A DNA stretch of 64,000 nucleotides. It comes from Bryobacteraceae bacterium. Its GTDB lineage: Bacteria; Acidobacteriota; Terriglobia; Bryobacterales; Bryobacteraceae. The stretch spans positions 814,251 through 878,250 of the forward strand of contig JBBCIQ010000004.1 in assembly GCA_037190045.1 (NCBI GenBank), in the 5' to 3' direction. The notes beneath the pieces are model-generated. The model saw nothing but the letters and a program-made list of their open reading frames with translations. It was not told where the DNA came from and searched no databases. Below, one piece after another: positions 9,769 through 17,298 of this stretch (its first letter is position 1; each line of letters starts with the position of its first letter). Position numbers and translations under genes: made by a program.

Positions 9769-11043
9769 TCAGTTCGATTCTTTCAGGTGTGGTGGCTTCA
9801 GGATCCATGCCACTACAGCTCCTGCCAGGGCGATCCCCGCCAGTGTTGTATAAACTTCCTGGTAGCCAGCTGCCATCTGGCCGGATTCCTTGGCCCGGTC
9901 CATAATGCCAGCGAAATACCCGGGGACGACAAATCCACAGACTCCCCAGGCAGAAAAGATGATGCCGTAGTTGGCCCCAACATGCTTAGGCCCGAAGTAA
10001 TCTGCTGTGAACGATGGCATAAGCGCCAGATATCCCCCATAGCTGAAGGCGGCAATACAGAGCCCGATCAGCAGGGAGTTAAAGCTGTCTATGTTCCTCA
10101 GGAAGACCATGCAGGCAATAATTGATCCGGCACACATCCCCATGACAGCGATTTTCCGGCCGTAACGATCAGACACACTTCCCCAACCCAGCCGCCCTAA
10201 GCCGTTGAAGATACTCATCACTCCTAATGCTGTTCCAGCAGTGAAAAGAGTAGATTGTGCGGCGCTGCTTTTCAGGAGCGGCGAGGCTTCTGCAATTGCT
10301 GTCAGACCAACGGATGTTCCCAGAAAGTAAACAACCCACAACGCGTAGAATTGCCAGGTCCGGAGCATGGCCTGTGCTGGGAACTCTTCCCGTGTGATCT
10401 GGTTCTGTGACGGCGTCCAGTTGGCTGGTTTCCATCCAGTTGGAGGAACACGGTAAAGCTGTGCTGAACCGATAACGCCCACATAAAAAATTGCCGCCAG
10501 AATCAGAAAAGTGCGTGGAATAGTTGCGCCGAACTGAGCTGGATCATTCCCCACCAGTGATTCGATCAGTGGGCCAAATACCAGCGGACCAATCCCGAAT
10601 CCCATGACAGCCAGACCTACAATCATGCCCCTCTTGTCAGGAAACCATTTGATACACATCGCAATGGGTGTGACGTAGGCAAAGCCGACACCCACTCCGG
10701 CGACCAGTCCATAACCGATGATGAGTCCTGTTAATGTGTGTCCGAAGAAAGAAGCCAGCAGACAACCTGTGCCAAGCAGGAAACCTCCCACACTGGCAAC
10801 GATACGTGGGCCCTTACGGTCTTGCCAGAAGCCTGCCACGATCATCCCCGCTGCAAATGCGAGGATCGAATAACGGTAAGGAGCCACTGTTTCTGCATTG
10901 GACCAGCCGTGCAGTTCAGCAAGGGGATTTCGAAAAATGGACCAGGAATAAATAATTCCCAGCAGAATCTGCATGAAAACTGCACTGGCAGCATACACCG
11001 TTCGGGAGTGATGGCTGGCTGCTGCTACGGGGCTGGAGCTCAT
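9769..11043 (-). CDS. MFS transporter, oxalate/formate antiporter (OFA) family
   Basis: About 12 TM helices, N-terminal YSWSIF block and WQDRKGPR loop typical of OFA-type MFS proteins. Confidence 0.85.
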   Translation of the reverse strand: MSSSPVAAASHHSRTVYAASAVFMQILLGIIYSWSIFRNPLAELHGWSNAETVAPYRYSILAFAAGMIVAGFWQDRKGPRIVASVGGFLLGTGCLLASFFGHTLTGLIIGYGLVAGVGVGFAYVTPIAMCIKWFPDKRGMIVGLAVMGFGIGPLVFGPLIESLVGNDPAQFGATIPRTFLILAAIFYVGVIGSAQLYRVPPTGWKPANWTPSQNQITREEFPAQAMLRTWQFYALWVVYFLGTSVGLTAIAEASPLLKSSAAQSTLFTAGTALGVMSIFNGLGRLGWGSVSDRYGRKIAVMGMCAGSIIACMVFLRNIDSFNSLLIGLCIAAFSYGGYLALMPSFTADYFGPKHVGANYGIIFSAWGVCGFVVPGYFAGIMDRAKESGQMAAGYQEVYTTLAGIALAGAVVAWILKPPHLKESN

Positions 11044-11085
11044 CGGGATATTGTAAGCTGCCCCTTCTGCGGAAAGATACTGAGG

Positions 11086-12150
11086 TCAGCCGCGAGTGAT
11101 TTCCTGCCCATACGGACGCGGAAATCGCTGGAATGGCATTCGGAAAAGCCGGGGAAAAGACGAACTCATGCGGGCAATCACCTCAGCCAGCCCCACAGTG
11201 ACAGAAAGCAACGGCTGGTCGTCCACCGTCAACGGAAGACCGAATCGATCACGCATTTTCTGATCCAGTCCGCGCAGCAGGGCAGAGCCTCCAGTCAGCA
11301 TGATTCCGGTCTCCACCAGATCTGCGCTGAGTTCTGGTGGGACTTCCTCAAGAGAACTGTGGACAGCATTGAGAATCTTTTCCACTACTGGATCAATCGC
11401 CTGCTGAATTTCAATATCCGTCAGTTCTGCTTCATGGGGGATTCCCTGGATCAGGCAGCGCCCTTTAAACCTGCCATGGGTGGGACGGAGCGGAGGAATG
11501 GCAGTTCCCAGCTCGATCTTAATCTGCTCTGCGGTCTGCTCCCCTACCAGGACCTGATGTTGATGCTTGACATGATCAATAATGGCATCACTCATCTCAT
11601 CTCCGGCTACGGGAACGGTAAGAGAATGGACAATCTGTCCCATGGAAATCAGGGAGATTCCGGTGATGCCCGCACCGATATCCACAATCATGCGGCCTCG
11701 AGGTTCATCAATGGGAAGCCCTGCACCCCGTGCAGCTACCAGTGCCTGATCAATAAGAATTACTTCGGATGCGCCTGCCTTACGGAGGGATTCCGAGATC
11801 GCCATGCTCTCCACTTCTGTCATCTCTCCTGGCATAGCGACAGCAGCCCGCATGGGGCCTAGTCTCCAGGAGCCACACGCCTGAGCGAGAAAGCGCTTCA
11901 GCATGGCATCGCATAGATTGAGATCGGTAATCATTCCGTCCCGGATCGGACGGACCGTTTTGAGTCGTTGGGGGGTACGTCCCCAGGCACTGCGGGCTTC
12001 CTTGCCGACGGAAACTACGCGTCCCGATGCCTGCCCGATAGTGACCAGAGAAGGTTCATTGACAGCAATCCCGCGCTCTGTTGCGTAGACAACAGTATTC
12101 GCCGTGCCAAGATCCACGCCGACATCGGAAGTGAAGATAGAAGCTGCCAC
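11086..12150 (-). CDS. MreB-family actin-like ATPase, divergent orphan paralogue
   Basis: GTG start. VGVDLGTANTVVY (phosphate 1), NEPSLV, WGRTPQRLKTVRPIRDGMITD, MIVDIGAGITGISLIS (phosphate 2), IMLTGGSALLRGL (adenosine). No mreC/mreD follows. It has an extra F/R/P-rich C-terminal tail. Confidence 0.8.
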   Translation of the reverse strand: MAASIFTSDVGVDLGTANTVVYATERGIAVNEPSLVTIGQASGRVVSVGKEARSAWGRTPQRLKTVRPIRDGMITDLNLCDAMLKRFLAQACGSWRLGPMRAAVAMPGEMTEVESMAISESLRKAGASEVILIDQALVAARGAGLPIDEPRGRMIVDIGAGITGISLISMGQIVHSLTVPVAGDEMSDAIIDHVKHQHQVLVGEQTAEQIKIELGTAIPPLRPTHGRFKGRCLIQGIPHEAELTDIEIQQAIDPVVEKILNAVHSSLEEVPPELSADLVETGIMLTGGSALLRGLDQKMRDRFGLPLTVDDQPLLSVTVGLAEVIARMSSSFPRLFRMPFQRFPRPYGQEITRG

Positions 12151-12171
12151 TCTCGCAAGAAAACCCCTCTG

Positions 12172-12576
12172 TTAGCTGGCTGCCTTTGCGGATTCCGGCT
12201 GATAGACCACTTCCAGAATTTGCAGGCGGCGGATCCCTTTTGGGACCTTCCATTCAATCACATCTCCGGCACGGTAGCCCAGCAGGGCAGTTCCGATGGG
12301 AGCGAGGATGGAAACCCCGTTTTCCGGCATGTTCAGCCGGGGGAAGACCAGTTTGTAGTTTTTCTTTTCCCCGGAATCCAGATCTTCCAACCGTACTTCA
12401 GAGTTCATCGTCACGATATCGCTGGGAATTTCCCTCGGGTCAACGATTTCCGCATTATCCAGTTCCTGCTCCAGAGTCTCCAGGTACTGGTCATCAGGAG
12501 ATGAGGAATCCTTTCGGCGTTCGACAAGCTGATACAGCTGGTCGAAATCGGATTGGGTAATGATAATGTTTTTCAT
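12172..12576 (-). CDS. rnk: Rnk (nucleoside diphosphate kinase regulator), GreA/GreB-family secondary-channel protein
   Basis: From ATG 12576 the product is MKNIIITQSDFDQL...DIVTMNSEVRLEDLDSGE...LVFP...VSILAPIGTALLGYRAGDVIEW...LEVVYQPE, colinear with E. coli Rnk as I recall it. SD GGAAGG lies at 12582-12587. The longer ORF (to 12804) is rejected. Confidence 0.85.
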   Translation of the reverse strand: MKNIIITQSDFDQLYQLVERRKDSSSPDDQYLETLEQELDNAEIVDPREIPSDIVTMNSEVRLEDLDSGEKKNYKLVFPRLNMPENGVSILAPIGTALLGYRAGDVIEWKVPKGIRRLQILEVVYQPESAKAAS

Positions 12577-12598
12577 CGTTGCCTTCCTCTTGCGAAGG

Positions 12599-12613
12599 GC
12601 AATTGAAGTGCCA
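12599..12613 (-). promoter_or_regulatory. Sigma-54 (-24/-12) promoter directed at rnk
   Basis: The minus strand reads CTGGCACTTCAATTGCCC, which is TGGCAC-N5-TTGC. All 10 fixed consensus positions match, with correct GG-to-GC spacing (plus-strand cc 12611-12612, gc 12599-12600). The predicted start is near 12587. Confidence 0.7.
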
Positions 12614-12656
12614 GTCGGTAAATGGCGTGTTTTGAAGGGAAAAAGACCGATGAGCA

Positions 12657-12700
12657 GGCACAAGTGCCTCTTATCGGGCACTTGTGCCCGATAAGAGGCA
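12657..12700. promoter_or_regulatory. Two GGCAC-NN-GTGCC dyads 20 bp apart, the second embedded in a 36-bp palindrome; candidate enhancer (UAS) for a sigma-54 activator
   Basis: GGCACAAGTGCC at 12657-12668 and GGCACTTGTGCC at 12677-12688. 17-nt perfect inverted arms at 12665-12681 and 12684-12700. The dyad centres lie about 75 and 95 nt upstream of the predicted rnk start. Confidence 0.45.
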
Positions 12701-12777
12701 AAAATCTCTCTCTTCATTCTGTTGGAATGACATGCTCTGGCCTGGTATGGGATCGAAGTATACTCTGACCAGAAAGA

Positions 12778-13845
12778 GTGAATAAGGAGATTCCGATCCG
12801 GCAAATGTCATTTCAATCGAAAGTTTCCGTTGGGATTTCCCTCCTGATCTGCCTGATTGTTGCTCTTGGTGACGGATTCAGGCTATTTTTCCTCCCGCAA
12901 GTTTATTTCCTTCCTGTGGTATGGACCGCTGTTTGCGAAGGATGGAAGGCAGGCGGTGGTATCGGAGCTGGATGCGGTGTTGCATTACTGTTCTTTTCCA
13001 CTCCGGAAGACAGCGAAACGCGAGTGATATTTGCGGCAGTTCTTGTGGGAACAGGAATCCTGGCAGGAATTTTGAGTGATATCCAGCGCCGGAAGAGCCG
13101 GGAATACCAGTTGCGCTGTGAGGAAATGAGTGCTGTTCACGATAAGGTGCAGGCGAGTTTTGAAGGAATGAAGAGAAGTGAGCGGTTATCTGCTCTCGGG
13201 CAACTGTCCGCAGGACTGGCCCATGAGATCCGGAATCCCCTGGCGAGTATTGCCGGAGCCACTGCGATTCTGGAAAGAAACAAGGATCTGAACGCGCAGG
13301 ATTCACGTTGTCTGGAGATCATCAAGAAGGAATGCTACCGGCTGGATGGCCTGCTGACCAACTTCCTGAATTTTGCGCGTCCCCGGCCTCCCCAGTTTCA
13401 GGCAGTGGATCTGAATATGGTGCTGGATGTGGTGCTGGATCTGGCAACACATGGTGTCCGGGGGAAACAGATTCATCTGGTCAAGCACATCCATTCTCCG
13501 GTGCCGCTGGTGGAGTGTGATCCGGAACAGCTGGAACAGGTACTTCTGAATCTGATGATCAATGCAGTGGAAGCAAGTCCGGAAGGAGAAACCGTTGTTC
13601 TTTCTGCAAGGCAGGATGGTACGAAGATTCTGATCCAGGTGGCAGATCATGGTCATGGCGTGCAGCCTGCCCATGTTGATCGGCTTTTTGATCCTTTTTT
13701 TACAACGAAAGAACATGGAACCGGATTGGGACTACCCGTAGCTCATCAGATTGTGGCTCAGATGGGCGGACGACTTTCGGCGGCCAGTAATCCAGGACAG
13801 GGAATGACATTTTCTGTGATGCTCCCCACGGCGGGAATGGAATGA
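12778..13845 (+). CDS. Sensor histidine kinase, membrane-embedded input (about 4 TM, no periplasmic domain)
   Basis: H-box LAHEIRNPLASI, N-box LLNLMINAVEA, G1 DHGHGV, G2 GTGLGL. GTG 12778 is the track start. ATG 12805 (after AAGGAG at 12784-12789) is an alternative. Confidence 0.85.
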   Translation: MNKEIPIRQMSFQSKVSVGISLLICLIVALGDGFRLFFLPQVYFLPVVWTAVCEGWKAGGGIGAGCGVALLFFSTPEDSETRVIFAAVLVGTGILAGILSDIQRRKSREYQLRCEEMSAVHDKVQASFEGMKRSERLSALGQLSAGLAHEIRNPLASIAGATAILERNKDLNAQDSRCLEIIKKECYRLDGLLTNFLNFARPRPPQFQAVDLNMVLDVVLDLATHGVRGKQIHLVKHIHSPVPLVECDPEQLEQVLLNLMINAVEASPEGETVVLSARQDGTKILIQVADHGHGVQPAHVDRLFDPFFTTKEHGTGLGLPVAHQIVAQMGGRLSAASNPGQGMTFSVMLPTAGME

Positions 13846-15263
13846 ATCCCTCTTCCCACATCCTGATTGTGGATGATGACGAAAATCTCCGGTGGGTGCT
13901 ACAGACACAGGTAGAGCAGATGGGCTATGCCGTTCAGGCAGTCGGCAACGGGGATGATGCCTTGGCTTCCATTGAGAAATCCATGCCGGCGCTTGTTCTT
14001 TCCGATCTGAAGATGCCCGGACTTTCGGGAATGGAACTTCTGCAGAAGATCCGAGCCGGATGGCCGGAAATTCCGGTCATCATCATGACGGCCTTCGGGA
14101 CCATCCAGAGTGCGGTCGGTGCCATGCGCGTGGGCGCTTATGATTACCTCTCCAAGCCGATTGATTATGAAGAGCTACTGTTGGTGATTCGCAGGGCTCT
14201 CGAACATTTCCGGCTTCTGGAAGAGGTGCAGATTCTGCGTACCAATCTGGATCGTAAATACGGATTCGACAATATCATTGGGCAATCAGAGAGTCTTCTT
14301 TCTGTGCTGGATATGGCATCCCGCGCGGCGCGCAGCAGTTCCACTGTCCTGATTCATGCAGAGACGGGAGCAGGAAAAGAGTTGCTGGCGCGAGCGATCC
14401 ATTTCAATAGTCCTCGTAAGGAAAAGCCCTTCGTTACGATCAACTGCGGAGCCATTCCTCGCGAATTGCTGGAGTCTGAACTGTTCGGGCACGTCAAGGG
14501 ATCCTTCACCGGAGCGGTCTCCCATAAAATCGGGAAAGTGGAGATGGCCAACCAGGGGACATTATTTCTGGATGAGATCGGGGAGATGCCAGCGGAACTG
14601 CAGGTAAAGCTGCTTCGCCTGATTCAGCACGGGGAGCTGGAAAAAGTGGGCTCAGCGTCGCCCGCTATCGTGGATGTCCGCTTTGTGGCGGCCACTCATC
14701 GAAACCTGCTGGCGATGGTGGAGGATGGAACATTCCGTGAAGACCTTTATTACCGTCTTGCCGTGATCCCCCTGCGCCTTCCTCCATTGCGGGAGCGGCG
14801 GGAGGATATTCCTGAGTTGCTTCAGTATTTCTTTCTCAAGGCGCGCGAGCGCCAGGGGCGGCCGGAACTGGTGCTTCCTCCTGCTCTTGTGCCGTATTTC
14901 CAGAACTACCGCTGGCCGGGGAATATCCGTGAACTGGAAAATGTAGTGGAAAGAATCGTCGTCCTTTCAAGAGGCGATGAGATTACAGTTGCTGATTTGC
15001 CGGAATACCTTCGCAGAGAGCAGCCGATTTCAGATGTTTTGCAATTTGAGATGCCCATGCAGGGGATCAGTCTGGAATCTGTCGAAAAAGAACTTCTGGT
15101 GCGTGCGTTGGAGAAGTTTAATGGAAATCAGACCCATGCTGCCCGGTATCTGGACATTAGCAGAAAAGCGCTGATTTACCGGATGGAGAAGCACGGAATG
15201 AAGCGCCGTTCCGTAGAAACGGATGATCCCGAAAATTCCCCGGAAACTATTGAAGATAGTTAA
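13842..15263 (+). CDS. Sigma-54-dependent response regulator (NtrC family)
   Basis: Receiver domain (LVLSDLKMPG), AAA+ Walker A ETGAGKE, ESELFGH, GSFTGA loop, C-terminal Fis-type HTH AARYLDISRKALIYRM. The ATGA overlaps the kinase stop. Confidence 0.92.
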   Translation: MNPSSHILIVDDDENLRWVLQTQVEQMGYAVQAVGNGDDALASIEKSMPALVLSDLKMPGLSGMELLQKIRAGWPEIPVIIMTAFGTIQSAVGAMRVGAYDYLSKPIDYEELLLVIRRALEHFRLLEEVQILRTNLDRKYGFDNIIGQSESLLSVLDMASRAARSSSTVLIHAETGAGKELLARAIHFNSPRKEKPFVTINCGAIPRELLESELFGHVKGSFTGAVSHKIGKVEMANQGTLFLDEIGEMPAELQVKLLRLIQHGELEKVGSASPAIVDVRFVAATHRNLLAMVEDGTFREDLYYRLAVIPLRLPPLRERREDIPELLQYFFLKARERQGRPELVLPPALVPYFQNYRWPGNIRELENVVERIVVLSRGDEITVADLPEYLRREQPISDVLQFEMPMQGISLESVEKELLVRALEKFNGNQTHAARYLDISRKALIYRMEKHGMKRRSVETDDPENSPETIEDS

Positions 15264-15291
15264 ATTAACTTAACATTAGGCTGTCTGCAAT

Positions 15292-15307
15292 TGGCCCTGT
15301 TCCTGCT
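15292..15307 (+). promoter_or_regulatory. Candidate sigma-54 promoter upstream of the USP gene
   Basis: TGGCCC-TGTTC-CTGCT matches 8 of 10 fixed positions, with correct GG (15293-15294) to GC (15305-15306) spacing. It lies 29 nt after the activator stop and 44 nt before GTG 15351. Confidence 0.4.
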
Positions 15308-15350
15308 TAATCCCTGAGTTCAATTACTGAAAAAGGTTCAGGGCCCGCAC

Positions 15351-16259
15351 GTGTTCGAAGTTACTCAGATTCTGTTTCCCACTGACCTCTCCATCATGTG
15401 TGGAGCGTTCGCCTGGCAGGTAACTGCTCTGGCTACTCGCCTGAATGCAAACCTGACTCTGCTGCATGTTCAGGATGAAGAGCAGGAAAAGACAAGCAAA
15501 CCGCGCGTTTCTGGTCAATTTTCTGGATTCACCAACCTGATTGGTGAACAGATGGAGCCGCATCGGGTCAGCCGGAAAATCATCAGCGGGGGGCTTGCAG
15601 AAAATATCATCAGTGAGGCCGATTCAGAGTGTGCCGACCTGATCATGATCCCCGCGCAGGAGAAGCGCGGATGGCGGCGTTTTCTGGAAGCGCCCATGAT
15701 TGAACAGACGTTACGGCAATCCCGCTGTGCTGTCTGGACTGCATCAACCAATCGTGCAGCGGCGTGTGCCCAGTTCCGGAATATCGTTTGTGCAGTGGAC
15801 CTGCATGCAGACAGTCCGCGTGTGCTGGCTTCTGCCATCCATCTGGCAAATCGCCTGGATGCAACACTTTCAGTGGTTCACGTTCTTCCGGAAGCAGATG
15901 AAAGTCTACTTCATCTTGCTGCAATGCATGATCTGCCACTAACATTTTCCGACGAAGAGATCCATGGGGAGATTCGACGGATGCAGCCAGATTCGCAAAA
16001 TTCCCCGGAAATTCTAATTGAACATGGCGATGTTTCTTCCGGAATCAGACGTGCCCTACAGCGTCAGAATGCGGATCTTCTGGTGATCGGCCCCGGCAGA
16101 TTCTCCGAAATTCCTGGTGGGCTGGGCGCGCATGTAGTACCTCTGGTCCGGACTGCTTCCTGCCCCGTTCTTGTATTGAGAAAACCGGAATCTGTGGGTG
16201 GATTCTGTCTCAAAAAAGGCAGTAATGTCCGAAATGAGGCGGTTGAACCGGTAGCCTGA
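15351..16259 (+). CDS. Universal stress protein, tandem UspA domains
   Basis: Two Usp-like halves (ILFPTDLS...LLHV and VCAVDLH...VVHV, ending CPVLVL). GTG start. Confidence 0.8.
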   Translation: MFEVTQILFPTDLSIMCGAFAWQVTALATRLNANLTLLHVQDEEQEKTSKPRVSGQFSGFTNLIGEQMEPHRVSRKIISGGLAENIISEADSECADLIMIPAQEKRGWRRFLEAPMIEQTLRQSRCAVWTASTNRAAACAQFRNIVCAVDLHADSPRVLASAIHLANRLDATLSVVHVLPEADESLLHLAAMHDLPLTFSDEEIHGEIRRMQPDSQNSPEILIEHGDVSSGIRRALQRQNADLLVIGPGRFSEIPGGLGAHVVPLVRTASCPVLVLRKPESVGGFCLKKGSNVRNEAVEPVA

Positions 16260-16274
16260 GTTCGGAAAACCCAT

Positions 16275-17276
16275 CTAACGGGAGGGCCGGGCAGGACGAA
16301 CTGGAGCCGGACAGCAGTCTGCCGGACAAAAATCCGGGTTGGGGCCGATGGTTCCCACTACCCGTTGCTGTTCTCCAGAGAGCCGTTCCAGCACCAGTTC
16401 CCGGATCATGGCGATGAACCGCTGGTCTGAACTGGATGTTGCCACCCGGATCATTTTCATCCCCAGTTCCTGGCAGAGGTTGTGAGCCTCTGTGTCGAGA
16501 TCATAGAGGACTTCCATATGATCGGAGATGAAACCGATGGGGACAATGATCACATCTCCGACTTCCTGTTCCCGAAGTGTACGCAGATGGTCCAGAATAT
16601 CTGGCTCCAGCCAGGGCACCTGGGGAGGGCCGCTCCGGCTCTGCCACACCACATCATATTGAGTGAGCTGACAGGCTTCAGCGACGATCCGGGATGCCTC
16701 CTGCATCTGTACCTCATACCGGCTTCCCTGTGCCATCGAAAGCGGAATGGAATGAGCAGTAAAGATGACCCGGGCTAACGGCAGGTCCTTGAGCGCTGCT
16801 TTGACATGATCAATCACCGGATCGAGGAATCCCGGATGGTTGAAATAAACTCTCAGCTTCAAGACTTCCAGCTCTTCAAATCCGGCGTCTTTTTGAGCCT
16901 GCGCCAGGTTTTCGAGATATTGACGGCATCCGGAGTAGCTGGAAAATGCGGAAGTGACAAAGACAAAGGCACGCCGGATTCCATCGGTTTTCATTTGCTG
17001 AAAGGTGTCGGCAAGAAAGGGATGCCAGTTCCGGTTTCCCCAATACACAGGAAGGTCAGGCCCCTGCTGCTGCAGAAGCGTGGTCAGCTTCTGCAGAATC
17101 TCCTTGTTCTGGTCATTGATGGGGCTGCGTCCCCCGAAGTGCAGATAGTGCTCTGCCACTTCCTCCAGCCGTTCGCGGGGAATGCCGCGTCCGCGGGTGA
17201 CGTTTTCGAGAAATGGCATAACTTCATCCGGCCCGTTAGGTCCGCCGAAAGAAAGCAGGAGAATTGCATCAGCCAT
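16275..17276 (-). CDS. hemH: Ferrochelatase
   Basis: ILLLSFGGP, FTAHSIPLS and FISDHMEVLYDLD blocks. SD AAGGA lies 8 nt upstream. Confidence 0.92.
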   Translation of the reverse strand: MADAILLLSFGGPNGPDEVMPFLENVTRGRGIPRERLEEVAEHYLHFGGRSPINDQNKEILQKLTTLLQQQGPDLPVYWGNRNWHPFLADTFQQMKTDGIRRAFVFVTSAFSSYSGCRQYLENLAQAQKDAGFEELEVLKLRVYFNHPGFLDPVIDHVKAALKDLPLARVIFTAHSIPLSMAQGSRYEVQMQEASRIVAEACQLTQYDVVWQSRSGPPQVPWLEPDILDHLRTLREQEVGDVIIVPIGFISDHMEVLYDLDTEAHNLCQELGMKMIRVATSSSDQRFIAMIRELVLERLSGEQQRVVGTIGPNPDFCPADCCPAPVRPARPSR

Positions 17277-17298
17277 AAGCTATCCTTCTTAGATTCCC

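Noticed and set aside
10738-11862. A 374-aa plus-strand ORF spanning the MFS gene / mreB-like gene junction.
   Set aside because: It is in the same codon register as both minus-strand genes, which share a frame, so it is a shadow ORF running through the 42-nt gap. It has no recognisable domain, and both sense genes have strong family motifs.
12665-12700. The 36-bp palindrome interpreted as a rho-independent terminator.
   Set aside because: No U-tract follows the stem on either strand. No gene converges on it, because it lies between two divergent starts. An enhancer-site or leader-structure interpretation fits better.
12577-12804. N-terminal extensions offered by the ORF track: 12172..12804 (rnk), 5264..5392 (fucosidase), 33341..33595, 33901..33975, 52695..52817 and 100..144.
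   Set aside because: The extensions overlap neighbouring genes or regulatory sequence and have no family similarity. In each case an internal ATG gives the canonical N-terminus, a signal peptide or a proper Shine-Dalgarno.
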